Shown piece by piece: positions 55,001 through 64,000 of a stretch of DNA of 64,000 bases. Source of the stretch: an uncultured Acidobacteriota bacterium (GTDB lineage: Bacteria; Acidobacteriota; Thermoanaerobaculia; Gp7-AA8); contig CAWGHO010000001.1 in the NCBI GenBank assembly GCA_963822445.1, positions 1,344,001 through 1,408,000 of the forward strand, in the 5' to 3' direction. Made by a program: the position numbers and the translations under genes. The notes beneath the pieces were generated by a model. The model searched no databases and was not told the origin of the DNA. It was given only the letters and a program-made list of their open reading frames with translations. The first letter of the stretch is position 1; each line of letters starts with the position of its first letter.

Positions 55001-55679
55001 TGAACGAGCCATCCTCGCCCGATGTGGCCAGCGGCCACGGTCCGCCGTACACCGTTGCTTTCGCGATCGGCCGGCCGGCCGGGTCGACGACGCGGCCGCG
55101 CACGGTCGAGCCTTTATCGAGGGTGATGTCGAGAGGCGGCGCCGTTTCCCGCATGCGCGTGACCGTGCCGATCGCAAAATCCGGATGCATCACCACGATG
55201 GAGTAAGCCCACCCGGTGGGGTTTGGAACGCTGTACTGCCCCGCTTCGTCGGTTCGCGCGAGGAATGTGGAATTGATGATCACCGTCGCGCCGGCGACCG
55301 GTTTCCCGTTCGCGGTGATCCGTCCTTTCTTCAGTGGCGCGGTGCGGAGGAGAAAGGCACCGGCATCCTGCCCATCGGCGACGACGTCCGCGACAGGCGC
55401 GTACCCCGGCAGATCGATCAGCAGGCTGACGACCGGTTCTCGCTTGGCGTCGATGCGAAACGCGCCCTGGTCGTTGGTCTCCGCGGTCGCCAATGCCACC
55501 GGCTCCGGCGCGCTCGACATCAACCGAACATTCGTAACCTCGGTAGTGGTCAGCGAGACAGTGCGAACGCGCGCGCCGGCGAGCGGCTTGCCGTTCTCGT
55601 CGATGACGTAACCGCTGACCGCCGCGGCGAGATCGATACCGCAGAAAACGAGAGCCAGTGCTGTGACGATGCGGCGCAT
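52047..55679 (-). CDS. Large secreted protein of tandem carboxypeptidase-regulatory-like domains
   Basis: Signal peptide; more than ten repeats of G.V.D..GKP.AGA.V...TD..G.F. Confidence 0.85.
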   Translation of the reverse strand: MRRIVTALALVFCGIDLAAAVSGYVIDENGKPLAGARVRTVSLTTTEVTNVRLMSSAPEPVALATAETNDQGAFRIDAKREPVVSLLIDLPGYAPVADVVADGQDAGAFLLRTAPLKKGRITANGKPVAGATVIINSTFLARTDEAGQYSVPNPTGWAYSIVVMHPDFAIGTVTRMRETAPPLDITLDKGSTVRGRVVDPAGRPIAKATVYGGPWPLATSGEDGSFTIAHLSPSVKSLTARAGTRIGSAKRDAETIVLRPGATVIGTVRSTKDDTPIAGMRVSVRGDGALPFGPNAITDSRGAFVLEALPAGNAQLVLTHPGFDGVMSEITAAEGMRIERALAATPVSRLSGMVVDEQKKAVSGALVATLGPAWRTYTAPDGSFSMRLPSRERASTIEVTKPSYVSATYGPVRAEPGESKSGIRIVLTRGTRFTIKLVDPDGVAIADEPVTISRQSDVSGSRFQVAALRCDVATELPGCRTDAEGKVTFDAADVPYDIRAGGVTTVETQLRGQTLRAADSPLVIELERGAVIEGRVTWSDGTPLTIPANVLVAGDFQTSTPVVDGRFTIRNVRPGKVTLSVTASGFPMRGDSVDVTAPSNEVVLKLPRYGSIEGRVVEREGQRPVKQFSVSLEQRGGFRSPGTRPFTADDGRFVFEDVAPGTVDVVATSPGYARATTTAVEVPEGKPVKVEISLERAGTVAGRVHSGGRPLAGATVISGGESYGRSASMKETDANGEYVLDTLSAGSHEVTVRKQGYVSRSITVNVEVGKEVRGDVELSRGRELHGRVIDAEGKPVAAAEVFPSRSGGRGRFEYSSNITTDAEGAFRIEGLGDEVYKISARKQGYAEATVEVNAATTTSMTITLDRGGKVTGRVSGLPPAELAYVIVSAMGRQPTSSHMAHGTVDASGAFTISGVTEGDVVVSAQHNRGSRRRITANVKVVGGTAPFVDLDFNAGFAIRGRVTRRGKPAQGMLHFVPADRANSAGPAMAEVRADGTYETRVTAPGEYRVMVSLQTTGTIEAGKIDIRGDMTHDIDVSGATIRGRVVDATTRAPVGDARIVVMSKEGRAGTEIRADSSGRFVIEFASEGKHVLRASKDGFAGDALEVVVGASDVDVELTVTRGEQVVVQLVDASTGKSVEAYVAVLDASGQVVSGDSRPATSDPAGGYRYWLKPGSYTLRVLARDYEPKTAPLVVPGTPSVRIELKPVKRD

Positions 55680-55714
55680 GATCCGCAGACGTTACGACGA
55701 TTCGGAACGTTTCG

Positions 55715-56359
55715 TCACCCGGCCTCGAACCATTCCGCGAACTCAGCCTGGCCGTGGCTTCTGGCGACGTCAGCAATGCTTTGCCCGTCCGATCCCCTGG
55801 CATTGCGGTCCGCGCCGTGCGCGAGCAGCAGTTTGGCCATCTCGATGTCGCCGCGGCTGGCCGCGCCGTGCAGCGGTGTGTAGTCGACCTGCTGCTTCGC
55901 GTTCGGATCGGCGCCGCGGGCGAGCAGCAGTTCCATCGTCTCGCGATCGCACGCCGCGGCGGCCGCGTGCACGGGCGCGACTTTCATCGCGTTGTCCGCG
56001 GCGGCGTTCACATCCGCTCCCTGCTCGATGAGCCAGCGCGCGAGCGCGCCGTGGCGGAAGAAGATGGCCAGACCGGCTGACGGGAAGCCGTCCGGCGTGC
56101 GCGAATGGAGCAGTTGCGGGTCGGCGGCGAGCATCGTCCTCACGCGATCGGTGTCGCCGAGGGCGACGGCTTCGCCGAAAGAGACGGGGGCGCCGCGGTC
56201 GGCAAGCAGGCGGGCGATGTCGGTTTTGCCGTGGTAGATCGCCAGCAGAATCGGCGTGACGTTGTTCTCCGCCTTGCCGGCCAGCGACGGATCGGCGGCG
56301 ATCAACGCCTCGATCTGCGCCACATCTCCCTGTTTGATGGCGTCAGTCAGTTCGCTCAT
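55715..56359 (-). CDS. Ankyrin-repeat protein
   Basis: TPILLAIYHG, APVHAAA, LLARGADPN, TPLHGAA. Confidence 0.9.
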   Translation of the reverse strand: MSELTDAIKQGDVAQIEALIAADPSLAGKAENNVTPILLAIYHGKTDIARLLADRGAPVSFGEAVALGDTDRVRTMLAADPQLLHSRTPDGFPSAGLAIFFRHGALARWLIEQGADVNAAADNAMKVAPVHAAAAACDRETMELLLARGADPNAKQQVDYTPLHGAASRGDIEMAKLLLAHGADRNARGSDGQSIADVARSHGQAEFAEWFEAG

Positions 56360-56368
56360 GACGCAAAT

Positions 56369-57229
56369 CTAGCGCGAGGCGGCGCGGCCGACTTCTTCAT
56401 TCTTGCGAATTGCGCCCGGCGTGATTCCGAAGGTGCGCTTGAAGAGCGTGGCGAATGAGCCGAGGCTGTCGAATCCGCAGTCGGAGGCGATGTCGACGAT
56501 CCGTCGATCAGAGTTGCGCAGCAGCGCGCGGGCGCGTTCGAGCCGCAGGCGGGTCAGGTAGCGATGCGGTGTGATTCCGTGGAAGGCCGTGAAGAGCCGG
56601 TGAAAGTGAAACGGCGACAGACAGGCCTCACGCGCCGCTTCGGCGATCGTGACGTTGCGATTGAGACTCGCGTGCAGAAAAGCGGTGGCCACGCCAACGC
56701 GGCGGGCGAGCTCCGCGCGGGTCGACGCGCGCAATGACGGCACGCGCGCTACGCGTGACTTGACATCGTCTTGTGCGCGGACCAGTCCCAACGCCACATC
56801 GAAGAATGCGTCGTCCGAGGAGCCACCGCGATGCGCGCGATTCATCGCGGCGACGAGCGGCGTATCGAAGTGGAGCTTCTCGCTGAACGCGACCGAAGGC
56901 CGTTGCCCGTCATCGAGAAGAGCCGCGCTGGCAGTCGTGGTTGCGCGCCACGCGTCCTCGACAAACCCCCGTTCGAAGAACAAACAGAACGTCTCTACGG
57001 GCTGAAGAGCATCGACGGTGATCTCGTACTCCTCGCCATCATTGAGAACGAGCACGGAACCCGGCACGACCTCGAACCGCCCATCCCCCGTTTCCCACGT
57101 CGCGCTCCCGCTCATCACCGCTTTCACAGAGAGAGGCCCCGTAAACCGCTGTTCGTACCGCCGCCCGCGGCCCCCGACGACCGCGTTCGCCGTGCCGAGG
57201 AGGTGGGCGGGAGGGTTCAGCAGCGGCAT
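56369..57229 (-). CDS. AraC-family transcriptional regulator
   Basis: LSPFHFHRLF, IASDCGFDSLGSFATLFKRTFGITP. Confidence 0.92.
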   Translation of the reverse strand: MPLLNPPAHLLGTANAVVGGRGRRYEQRFTGPLSVKAVMSGSATWETGDGRFEVVPGSVLVLNDGEEYEITVDALQPVETFCLFFERGFVEDAWRATTTASAALLDDGQRPSVAFSEKLHFDTPLVAAMNRAHRGGSSDDAFFDVALGLVRAQDDVKSRVARVPSLRASTRAELARRVGVATAFLHASLNRNVTIAEAAREACLSPFHFHRLFTAFHGITPHRYLTRLRLERARALLRNSDRRIVDIASDCGFDSLGSFATLFKRTFGITPGAIRKNEEVGRAASR

Positions 57230-57340
57230 GAGCGAATTCTACGGGGGTTGGGGTTTGGCGGGGGTGGCCGCGCGGCGACGTAGGCTTTCTTCAACCCGGC
57301 ACCATTCTTGATCTAAATAACTACTGTCGAAGGGGGACCC

Positions 57341-57526
57341 ATGAAACGTTGCGAGCATTGTGGTCACTCACGGGCGGCACATGTCGATGGGCTTCGTTGT
57401 GCGTTGTGCGGATGCGTTCCGCAGCGGCAGACCTTCGTTCAGGACGCGCTCCCGTTCCGCAGCGGCGTCAGCCGTCCGCCCGGCGTCGTACCTGAGCAGG
57501 TGACAATCAACAGCCGCAAACGGTGA
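57341..57526 (+). CDS. Small zinc-finger-like protein (61 aa)
   Basis: CEHCGHSRAAH...CALCGC; purine-rich RBS AAGGGGG. Confidence 0.6.
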   Translation: MKRCEHCGHSRAAHVDGLRCALCGCVPQRQTFVQDALPFRSGVSRPPGVVPEQVTINSRKR

Positions 57527-57574
57527 GCTCAGCGATAGGATGATTCCTGCACGCTTCGTGCGTTGGGAATCAAC

Positions 57575-57793
57575 ATGGACGAGAAGAGCAAGCGAGTCCC
57601 GAAGCAGATCTCGGTATCCGAGCGCAATCTTCAAAGCGCGGCCAGCCGACTCCTCCCGAAGCACAACAAGCTGGTGTCCTCGGAAGTCGACTACCTCCGC
57701 CGCGTCCTCGGCGACCGCGCCACCCAGGCGCAGATCGACGAGAAGGTGCAGCTGGTCCGGAAGCTGCCCTGGCGTGAGATCGTCGAACAGTAG
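57575..57793 (+). CDS. Small hypothetical protein (72 aa)
   Basis: MDEKSKRVPKQ...LPWREIVEQ; stop lies 1 bp before the next start. Confidence 0.65.
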   Translation: MDEKSKRVPKQISVSERNLQSAASRLLPKHNKLVSSEVDYLRRVLGDRATQAQIDEKVQLVRKLPWREIVEQ

Positions 57794-57794
57794 C

Positions 57795-59042
57795 GTGAAG
57801 TTCGACGTCGCGATCATCGGCGCCGGTGCCGCTGGTCTCGCCGCCGCGCGCGTGCTCTCCGGCGCCGGAAAACGCGTCTGCATCCTGGAAGCACGGCCAC
57901 GCGCCGGCGGCCGCATTCATACGCTTCACGTCGGCGACCTTCCCCTTCCCATCGAGCTCGGCGCAGAATTCATTCACGGCGAAAGCGAGACGACCTTCTC
58001 CATCGTCGATGCCGCGTCGCTCGTCGCATGCGAGCTGCCCGACGATCACTGGTGGTCGCGCGACGGAAAGCGCGAAGAGATTCCCGACTTCTGGGGACGC
58101 ATCGACAAAATCCGCGGGAAGATCGGCTCACTGCGCCGCGATGTTTCCTTCGCCGAGTTTCTGCGCACGCAGAAGCTGCCGCCGCGGATGCGCGAGCTGG
58201 CCTGCAACTTCGTCGAGGGCTATCACGCGTCGCACGCCGACCGCATCAGCGCCCGCGTTCTGCGCAAAGCCGATCAGGAACAGGAAGAGCCGGGCGGCAA
58301 CAGGCAGTTCCGCATCGCCGCCGGTCAGGATGCGTTGATCGAATGGCTGCGCGCGGGACTCGATCCTCAAAAGATCGATCTGCGTCTCTCGTCGCCGGTC
58401 GCCGAAGTGGCCTGGTCGAAAGGCGCGGTGGTCATCGACGGACGCATTCGCGCGAAGGCGGCGGTCATCACCATTCCCATCGGCGTCTGGAAAGCAGGCG
58501 TGATCCGTTTCGATCCCGCGCTCACCGACAAAGAGAAAGCCCTGGAGATGATCGAAGCCGGGCACGTGGTGAAGATCGCCTTCCGCTTTCGCGAGCGGTG
58601 GTGGGACGACGTCAACTTCCTCCACAGCAACCATCGATTCATGCCGACCTGGTGGACGAGCGCGCCGGTCCGATCCCCGGTCCTCACGGGCTGGGCGGGC
58701 GGACATGCGGCCGACGCCATGCTGGCCGAGGGGGAGGAGGCGCGGGTCGAGCGCGCGGTGGAGGCGATGAGCGCGGCCTTCGGCGTTTCGCAGAAGAAGA
58801 TCGAAAGCCTCCTGGTCGGCACGTTCAGCCACGACTGGCAGAAAGATCCGTTCAGCCGCGGCGCCTACTCGTACGCTGCGGTCGGAGGGGAAGACGCCGC
58901 CGACGCGCTGGCGAAACCGGTCCGCCAGACGCTCTTCTTTGCCGGCGAAGCGACCAGCAGCGATCAGACCGGGACGGTGGCCGGAGCCATCGAAAGTGGA
59001 TTCAGGGCGGCCCGGGAAGCCTTGCGGTCGGCATTTCCTTAG
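57795..59042 (+). CDS. Flavin monoamine oxidase-family protein
   Basis: GTG start; IIGAGAAGL, EARPRAGGRI, ELGAEFIHG, FSRGAYSY, FFAGEAT, GTVAGAIESG. Confidence 0.9.
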   Translation: MKFDVAIIGAGAAGLAAARVLSGAGKRVCILEARPRAGGRIHTLHVGDLPLPIELGAEFIHGESETTFSIVDAASLVACELPDDHWWSRDGKREEIPDFWGRIDKIRGKIGSLRRDVSFAEFLRTQKLPPRMRELACNFVEGYHASHADRISARVLRKADQEQEEPGGNRQFRIAAGQDALIEWLRAGLDPQKIDLRLSSPVAEVAWSKGAVVIDGRIRAKAAVITIPIGVWKAGVIRFDPALTDKEKALEMIEAGHVVKIAFRFRERWWDDVNFLHSNHRFMPTWWTSAPVRSPVLTGWAGGHAADAMLAEGEEARVERAVEAMSAAFGVSQKKIESLLVGTFSHDWQKDPFSRGAYSYAAVGGEDAADALAKPVRQTLFFAGEATSSDQTGTVAGAIESGFRAAREALRSAFP

Positions 59043-59126
59043 CGCACGCTTGCCTTCTATGCTTTCGCAGCATATTGTTATCGAAAGCAAACGCCTGCCA
59101 CCCGATCCCTAGTCCGGAGGACTTCG

Positions 59127-61925
59127 ATGACCAAACGCTTCAGCAGTCTCCTCCTGGTGCTCCTGTTCCTCGCGCCAATCAGCTTTGCCCGCGTCATTTC
59201 GTACGCGCCCTACACGGACCAGGCGTCGATCCGCGGCTACAACGTGCGGACCAGCCGGTATTTCGTCCTCCTCGAGGGCTCTTCTCAGGAAGTCTCGACC
59301 AATTTCGTCCGCGGCCGGGCCGTGCTCTACGACGCCACCGGCGCGCAGGAACCGCGCGTGATCTATCCGTTGAGCGGCCCCGCTGTTCCGCTGCAATTCG
59401 CCGCGGTCTTCCAAGGCAGTTCCTCGGACGCGCAGCCGATCATTCTCATCGGCACCCATGAGGCCGCCGCCGGCGTACTGCCCTATCAGGTGCCGGTCAC
59501 CAAGATCAGCGCGGACGGCGGCCGGACCTGGACGCGGATCGCGGAGCTCGACGGCAAGCAGGTTCATGCCGATACGGACGCCGACGTCGGTGGACCGTGG
59601 AGCCGCGGTCTCTCGGTCCCGGTACGCATCGGCAACAGCGCGTTTCCGTTCGTCGTCTCGTACCACGGCGGCGTCTGGGCCATCCGCTCGAACGCGACGG
59701 TTCGTCAGCTCAGCGCCGAGGAAGGCGCCTCGACGAACGTGGCGAACGCGCTCGTCGCGCAAAGCAGCGATGGAACGAAGTACGTGATCCGCTCGCCCAA
59801 CAAACTCACGCTCATCGATGTGAATCGCAACCAGGTGCCGCTCGGCGACGCCGATCCGTACGCGAATTACGCGGGCTGGATCACCTCCGACGACAGCGTT
59901 TATCTCATCCGCCATCGTGCCGAGGGGCGGTTCCTCTCGCTGTACCGCAACGGGCAGTGGCAGCTGGTCTCCGGCCCTCTCGACGTCGCGGAACCGGGCG
60001 CTGGTTACCCGACCTCGTGGCACGACACGATGTCGTTCTTCGCCGTGCCCACGCATGACTTCGAAGGCGCGTGGCTGCTTCATCGCGGTACCTCCAAGCC
60101 CACCACGCTGTCGCGGCACGAGCCCGGCGAAGCGATCGAGACGATGTGGACCGACATCTCCGGCCCGGAGGTGGAGGCGCTCCACGCCGGTGCGTCGAAC
60201 GAGCGGCTGCTGATTCAGGTGCATCGCGAGCGTCCGGTGCAGCAGGTGCCGTTCATCGATCCGGCGCTCGCGGTCTGGAAGGTCGGCGAGCCCGCACCGC
60301 GCGGCTACGACGAGCTGTATCTGAACGAAGGCTTCACCAAGGGCTTCGTCCATGTCAACGTCGAGACCATGGCCGAGGGATCGCCGTTCGTGTTCGACTC
60401 GGGCTTCACGCGCCAGGTTCCGGACGTCATAGTCTCGCCTCCACCGGCCGGTGGCGGCGGGGGCGACGTCATTCAGGAATGGGGCGTCGTTCGGGCCTCG
60501 CTCAGACAGAGCCTCGTGCTGCCGGGCGTGGCCCGCCTGCCCGGCGCGTTCGGCTCGTTCTGGCTGAGCGACGTCGTGCTCTACAACCCGCTCGACGAAC
60601 AGCAGGTCGTCGACGTGCAGTTCGTGGCCCTCGGCGAGGAAGTGCAGATCGCGCGGTTGAAGATCACCACGCTGACGCTCGATCCGCTCGAGATCCGCGT
60701 CGTTCCCGATGCGTTGAAGACGCTCTTCGACATCGACAACGGCGGCGGTGCGCTCTACTTCCATCCGCAGCAGACCATCAACGTCACCGGCCGCACCTAC
60801 TCACGCGCCGACGGAAGCAGCGGCACGTTCGGCTTCGGGATGCAGGCCATCGATTTCTATAACGCCGCGGGTCCGCGTTTCCCGCTGTCGTTCTCGGGCG
60901 CATTTCCCGGTCCGAACTTTCGCACGAACGTGATCCTCACCGACACCTCGGGACGAGGAACGGAAGCGCGCCTGCAGGCTTACGGCGTGTCCGGCACGAT
61001 CGGCTCGACGGACGTGGCCTTCGCCACGCCGAACAACGGAGTCATGCAGGTCAACGGCGTCGCCGGCATGCTCGGCCTCTTCTCGCACGACGCCGGCGGA
61101 CTGGTCGTCCAGGCAACGCGCGGCGCGGCGATTCCGGCCGTCGTGGCCATCGACAACCGCACGAACGATCCCACGTACTTCCCGCCGGATCTGCCCGCGT
61201 CGACCATCCGCACGATTCCCGTGATCGGCCATCTCGACGGTGCCCACGGCTCGCGTTTCCGCAGCGACCTCTATCTGCTCAACCTCGCCAACACCGCGCG
61301 GTCGGTGACACTCGAAGTGAAGAAATGGGACAGCACGGAGTGGCCGCGTCAGGTGCGTTTCACCCTTCTGCCGAATGAAGCCCGCGTGATTCCGGACGCG
61401 CTGATGAAGCTCTTCAGCATGGAAGGTGTGGCGCGGCTGCGGTACTGGTCCGACGGCGGTCAGGGCGATACGTCCGGCATCCGCGTGACCTCGCGCACCT
61501 ACAACATCAACGACGACGGCGGCACGTACGGCTCGCTGATCCCGCCGCTGAACAACTTCCAGAGTGCGACCGCCGGTGAAACGCTCGAGATCATCGGCAT
61601 GGTCGGCGGCAGCGGGTTCCGCACGAACGTCGGCCTGGTCGAGCTCACACCCACTCCGACCGGCCGTACCACCAACGTCCGTCTGGTCATCGTCGATGAC
61701 AAGGGCAAGAGCATGGACGCGTTCACGGTTGCCTTGCCGGCCGCGGGCGGAATGCAGATCAACGACATCTTCGCGGCCCGCGGCCTGACGGCTCCGACCG
61801 CCGCGCGCATCGTGGTTCAGGTGCTCGACGCGACCGGTCTCGTGGGCGCCTACGCGACGCTCACCGATAACGTCACCAACGACACGACGTACCTGGGAGC
61901 GCAGCTGTCGGCGAAGCCGAACTAG
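59127..61925 (+). CDS. Large secreted protein with BNR-like motif and two GAxGS modules
   Basis: GGAGG RBS, signal peptide, SADGGRTW Asp-box, PGAFGSFWLSD and DGAHGSRFRSD modules. Confidence 0.8.
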   Translation: MTKRFSSLLLVLLFLAPISFARVISYAPYTDQASIRGYNVRTSRYFVLLEGSSQEVSTNFVRGRAVLYDATGAQEPRVIYPLSGPAVPLQFAAVFQGSSSDAQPIILIGTHEAAAGVLPYQVPVTKISADGGRTWTRIAELDGKQVHADTDADVGGPWSRGLSVPVRIGNSAFPFVVSYHGGVWAIRSNATVRQLSAEEGASTNVANALVAQSSDGTKYVIRSPNKLTLIDVNRNQVPLGDADPYANYAGWITSDDSVYLIRHRAEGRFLSLYRNGQWQLVSGPLDVAEPGAGYPTSWHDTMSFFAVPTHDFEGAWLLHRGTSKPTTLSRHEPGEAIETMWTDISGPEVEALHAGASNERLLIQVHRERPVQQVPFIDPALAVWKVGEPAPRGYDELYLNEGFTKGFVHVNVETMAEGSPFVFDSGFTRQVPDVIVSPPPAGGGGGDVIQEWGVVRASLRQSLVLPGVARLPGAFGSFWLSDVVLYNPLDEQQVVDVQFVALGEEVQIARLKITTLTLDPLEIRVVPDALKTLFDIDNGGGALYFHPQQTINVTGRTYSRADGSSGTFGFGMQAIDFYNAAGPRFPLSFSGAFPGPNFRTNVILTDTSGRGTEARLQAYGVSGTIGSTDVAFATPNNGVMQVNGVAGMLGLFSHDAGGLVVQATRGAAIPAVVAIDNRTNDPTYFPPDLPASTIRTIPVIGHLDGAHGSRFRSDLYLLNLANTARSVTLEVKKWDSTEWPRQVRFTLLPNEARVIPDALMKLFSMEGVARLRYWSDGGQGDTSGIRVTSRTYNINDDGGTYGSLIPPLNNFQSATAGETLEIIGMVGGSGFRTNVGLVELTPTPTGRTTNVRLVIVDDKGKSMDAFTVALPAAGGMQINDIFAARGLTAPTAARIVVQVLDATGLVGAYATLTDNVTNDTTYLGAQLSAKPN

Positions 61926-61930
61926 TCCCC

Positions 61931-61991
61931 GTGTGGTGCGGGCTTCCAGCCTGCCTTGGCTCTCAAGGCAGGCCAGAGGCCTGCACCACAC
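61931..61991. repeat. REP/REPIN-like inverted doublet, copy 4
   Basis: gtgtggtgcgggcttccagcctgccttg ... caaggcaggccagaggcctgcaccacac, between convergent genes. Confidence 0.83.
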
Positions 61992-61995
61992 CAAC

Positions 61996-63771
61996 CTACT
62001 TCTCCAACAACTTCACGATCTCCTCGGCCGGCACGGCGTAGCTGAAGTAGAAACCCTGCACTTCGCGGCAGCCGTGGTCGCGCAGGAACTCGATCTGCTC
62101 GACCGTCTCCACGCCTTCGGCAATCACGCGGATGCCGAGACCGTTGGCGAGCTGGATGACCGAGGCGACGATGGCGGCGTCTTCGAAGCCGTCGGGTAGA
62201 TCGGCGACGAAGCTCTTGTCGATCTTCAGCGCGTCGATGGGAAATCGTTTCAGGTAGCTGAGCGAGGAATGGCCGGTGCCGAAGTCGTCGATGGCGATGG
62301 TCACGCCGGACTTGCGAAGCTCCGCGAGCGTGGACATGGTCAGCTGCACGTCTTCCATGGCCACGCTTTCCGTGATCTCCAGCTCCAGCGCGCGGGGGTC
62401 GAGTCCCGACTCGGTGAGCGCCGACTCGATTGAATAGAGCAAAGACTCGTCGCGGAACTGACGCGCGGAGATGTTCACCGAGAAGCGCAGATGCTTCAGA
62501 CCGCGGTCGTGAAAGCGTTTGGCCTCGCGGCAGGCCTCGCGAAGCACCCAATCGCCGATCACGAGAATCATCCCCCGCTCTTCGGCAACGGCGATGAACT
62601 CGGTCGGGCCGATCAGACCGCGCTCGGGATGGTTCCACCGCAGCAGCGCTTCCATCCCGACGAGCTGCATGGTCTCGAGATCGACCTGCGGCTGGTAGTG
62701 CAGCACGAACTCGCCGGTCTCCATGGCCTGATGCAGGCCGCTCTCGAGGAGCATCCGCTCCTGGGTCGTGCGGCTGAGGTCCGCGGTCGACATCTGATAC
62801 GTGTTCCGCCCCTCCCCTTTCGCGCGATACATCGCCGCGTCGGCATTCTTCAGCAGGGTCTCGGCATCCTCGCCGTCCTGCGGATACACGGTCACACCGA
62901 TGCTGGTGGTGACGTAAAGCTTGTGGCCGTTCACGTCGATCGGGTCGGTGATGCTGCGGAGGACTTTCTTGGCGACTGAAGCCGCGTCGTCGGGGCGCGC
63001 GATCTCCTGCAGCACGATCGTGAACTCGTCGCCGCCGACGCGCGCGACGGTGTCGCCTTCCCGCACCGCCGCCCGCAGACGTTTGCCGACCTGTTTGAGC
63101 AGCGCGTCGCCGACGGTGTGTCCCAGGGAGTCGTTGATCAGCTTGAAGTGATCGAGATCGAGAAAGAGCACTGCCACGCACGCGTGGCGCCGTTGGGCGA
63201 GCGCGAGCGCAAGCGAGAGGTGTTCCTGGAACAGGCGGCGGTTCGCGAGTCCGGTCAGGGCATCGTGATAGGCCTGATATTCGATCTGCTGCTCGGCCGT
63301 CTTGCGCTCGGTGATGTCGCGAATCAAGCCGATCACGCCGACGATCTTGCCGTTCGCATCCGCGTGCGGGCGATAGACCGCGGACACCCAGCCCTCGCGG
63401 CCCGTCGCCGGCACGACGTAGTGAATGTCGGGCGCGCTGACGGTTTCACCGCTGAGTGCGCGACGGAGAAGCTCATCGACGTGCTGCTCGCGAACGTGGG
63501 GGAAGAGATCCGGCGCGGCCTTGCCGATGACCTCCTTCGCTTCCATGCCGGTCATGTTCTCCATGAACCGGTTCCAGAGCACGTACCGGAATTCGCTGTC
63601 GAGGACGATGATGCCTTCGCCGGCGTTCTCGATGATCTCGTGCGCGAAGCGGTTGGTCTCGCGCAGCGCCCTTTCATCGCGTCCGGCGACGATCAGCCGC
63701 AGGACCACGTATCCGATCATCGCCAGAACTGCGGCGATGAGCAGGATCTCCGGGAGGGCGTTGGCCGACAT
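61996..63771 (-). CDS. Membrane-anchored PAS-GGDEF-EAL protein
   Basis: N-terminal TM, PAS, VGGDEF, MEALLRW, DDFGTG. Confidence 0.92.
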   Translation of the reverse strand: MSANALPEILLIAAVLAMIGYVVLRLIVAGRDERALRETNRFAHEIIENAGEGIIVLDSEFRYVLWNRFMENMTGMEAKEVIGKAAPDLFPHVREQHVDELLRRALSGETVSAPDIHYVVPATGREGWVSAVYRPHADANGKIVGVIGLIRDITERKTAEQQIEYQAYHDALTGLANRRLFQEHLSLALALAQRRHACVAVLFLDLDHFKLINDSLGHTVGDALLKQVGKRLRAAVREGDTVARVGGDEFTIVLQEIARPDDAASVAKKVLRSITDPIDVNGHKLYVTTSIGVTVYPQDGEDAETLLKNADAAMYRAKGEGRNTYQMSTADLSRTTQERMLLESGLHQAMETGEFVLHYQPQVDLETMQLVGMEALLRWNHPERGLIGPTEFIAVAEERGMILVIGDWVLREACREAKRFHDRGLKHLRFSVNISARQFRDESLLYSIESALTESGLDPRALELEITESVAMEDVQLTMSTLAELRKSGVTIAIDDFGTGHSSLSYLKRFPIDALKIDKSFVADLPDGFEDAAIVASVIQLANGLGIRVIAEGVETVEQIEFLRDHGCREVQGFYFSYAVPAEEIVKLLEK

Positions 63772-63833
63772 GCAGCGGGCAAGTCTGCGCAACGCTCCAG
63801 GAGCACGCAAGGAGAATTTGCGATGATGCGCGC

Positions 63834-64000
63834 GTGAGTTATTGCCTTATCGCACCAGGCCACGAGTTTCATGGTCCGTATCACGACCGCGAGTACGGAT
63901 TTCCGGTTCGCGACGACGATCGCCTGTTCGAGCGGCTGGTCCTGGAGATCAATCAGGCCGGCCTCTCCTGGCTGACGATCCTCAAGAAGAAAGACGCGTT
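63834..64000 (+). CDS. tag: DNA-3-methyladenine glycosylase I (partial, runs off the window)
   Basis: Manual translation: YC...YHDREYGFPVRDDDRLFERLVLEINQAGLSWLTILKK. Confidence 0.88.
   Translation, partial: MSYCLIAPGHEFHGPYHDREYGFPVRDDDRLFERLVLEINQAGLSWLTILKKKDA

Noticed and set aside
57243-57267. G-run stretch upstream of AraC as a G-quadruplex
   Set aside because: Only three long G-tracts in a high-GC background; not distinguishable from chance.

Overview
GC-rich bacterial chromosomal window with no rRNA, tRNA, CRISPR array, integrase or transposase visible. Gene content and secreted-protein style suggest Acidobacteriota, possibly Thermoanaerobaculia (inference). Housekeeping genes include gltA, ppa, prmA, rsmE, the CIRCE-hrcA-grpE-dnaK-dnaJ cluster, ligA, guaB, dacB, acpP-fabF and a partial tag. 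Envelope and accessory genes include alpha-2-macroglobulin with PBP1C, two GGDEF-EAL proteins and many uncharacterised secreted proteins. Many conserved genes between 19.8 and 28.4 kb, plus fabF, are frameshifted, most likely by long-read errors. Main items for follow-up: (1) a REP-like DNA hairpin inserted in frame inside the PBP1C transglycosylase domain, related to four intergenic REP doublets; (2) hairpins built from inverted tandem 8-mer (GGGGTTAC-like) or 7-mer repeats; (3) a translationally coupled Zn-finger + Ku + Ku cassette with no LigD in the window; (4) an orphan three-gene operon next to guaB (zinc-ribbon membrane protein, Cys-rich exported protein, probable beta-barrel); (5) a roughly 220-aa 'GAxGSxW/F' module shared by three secreted proteins.
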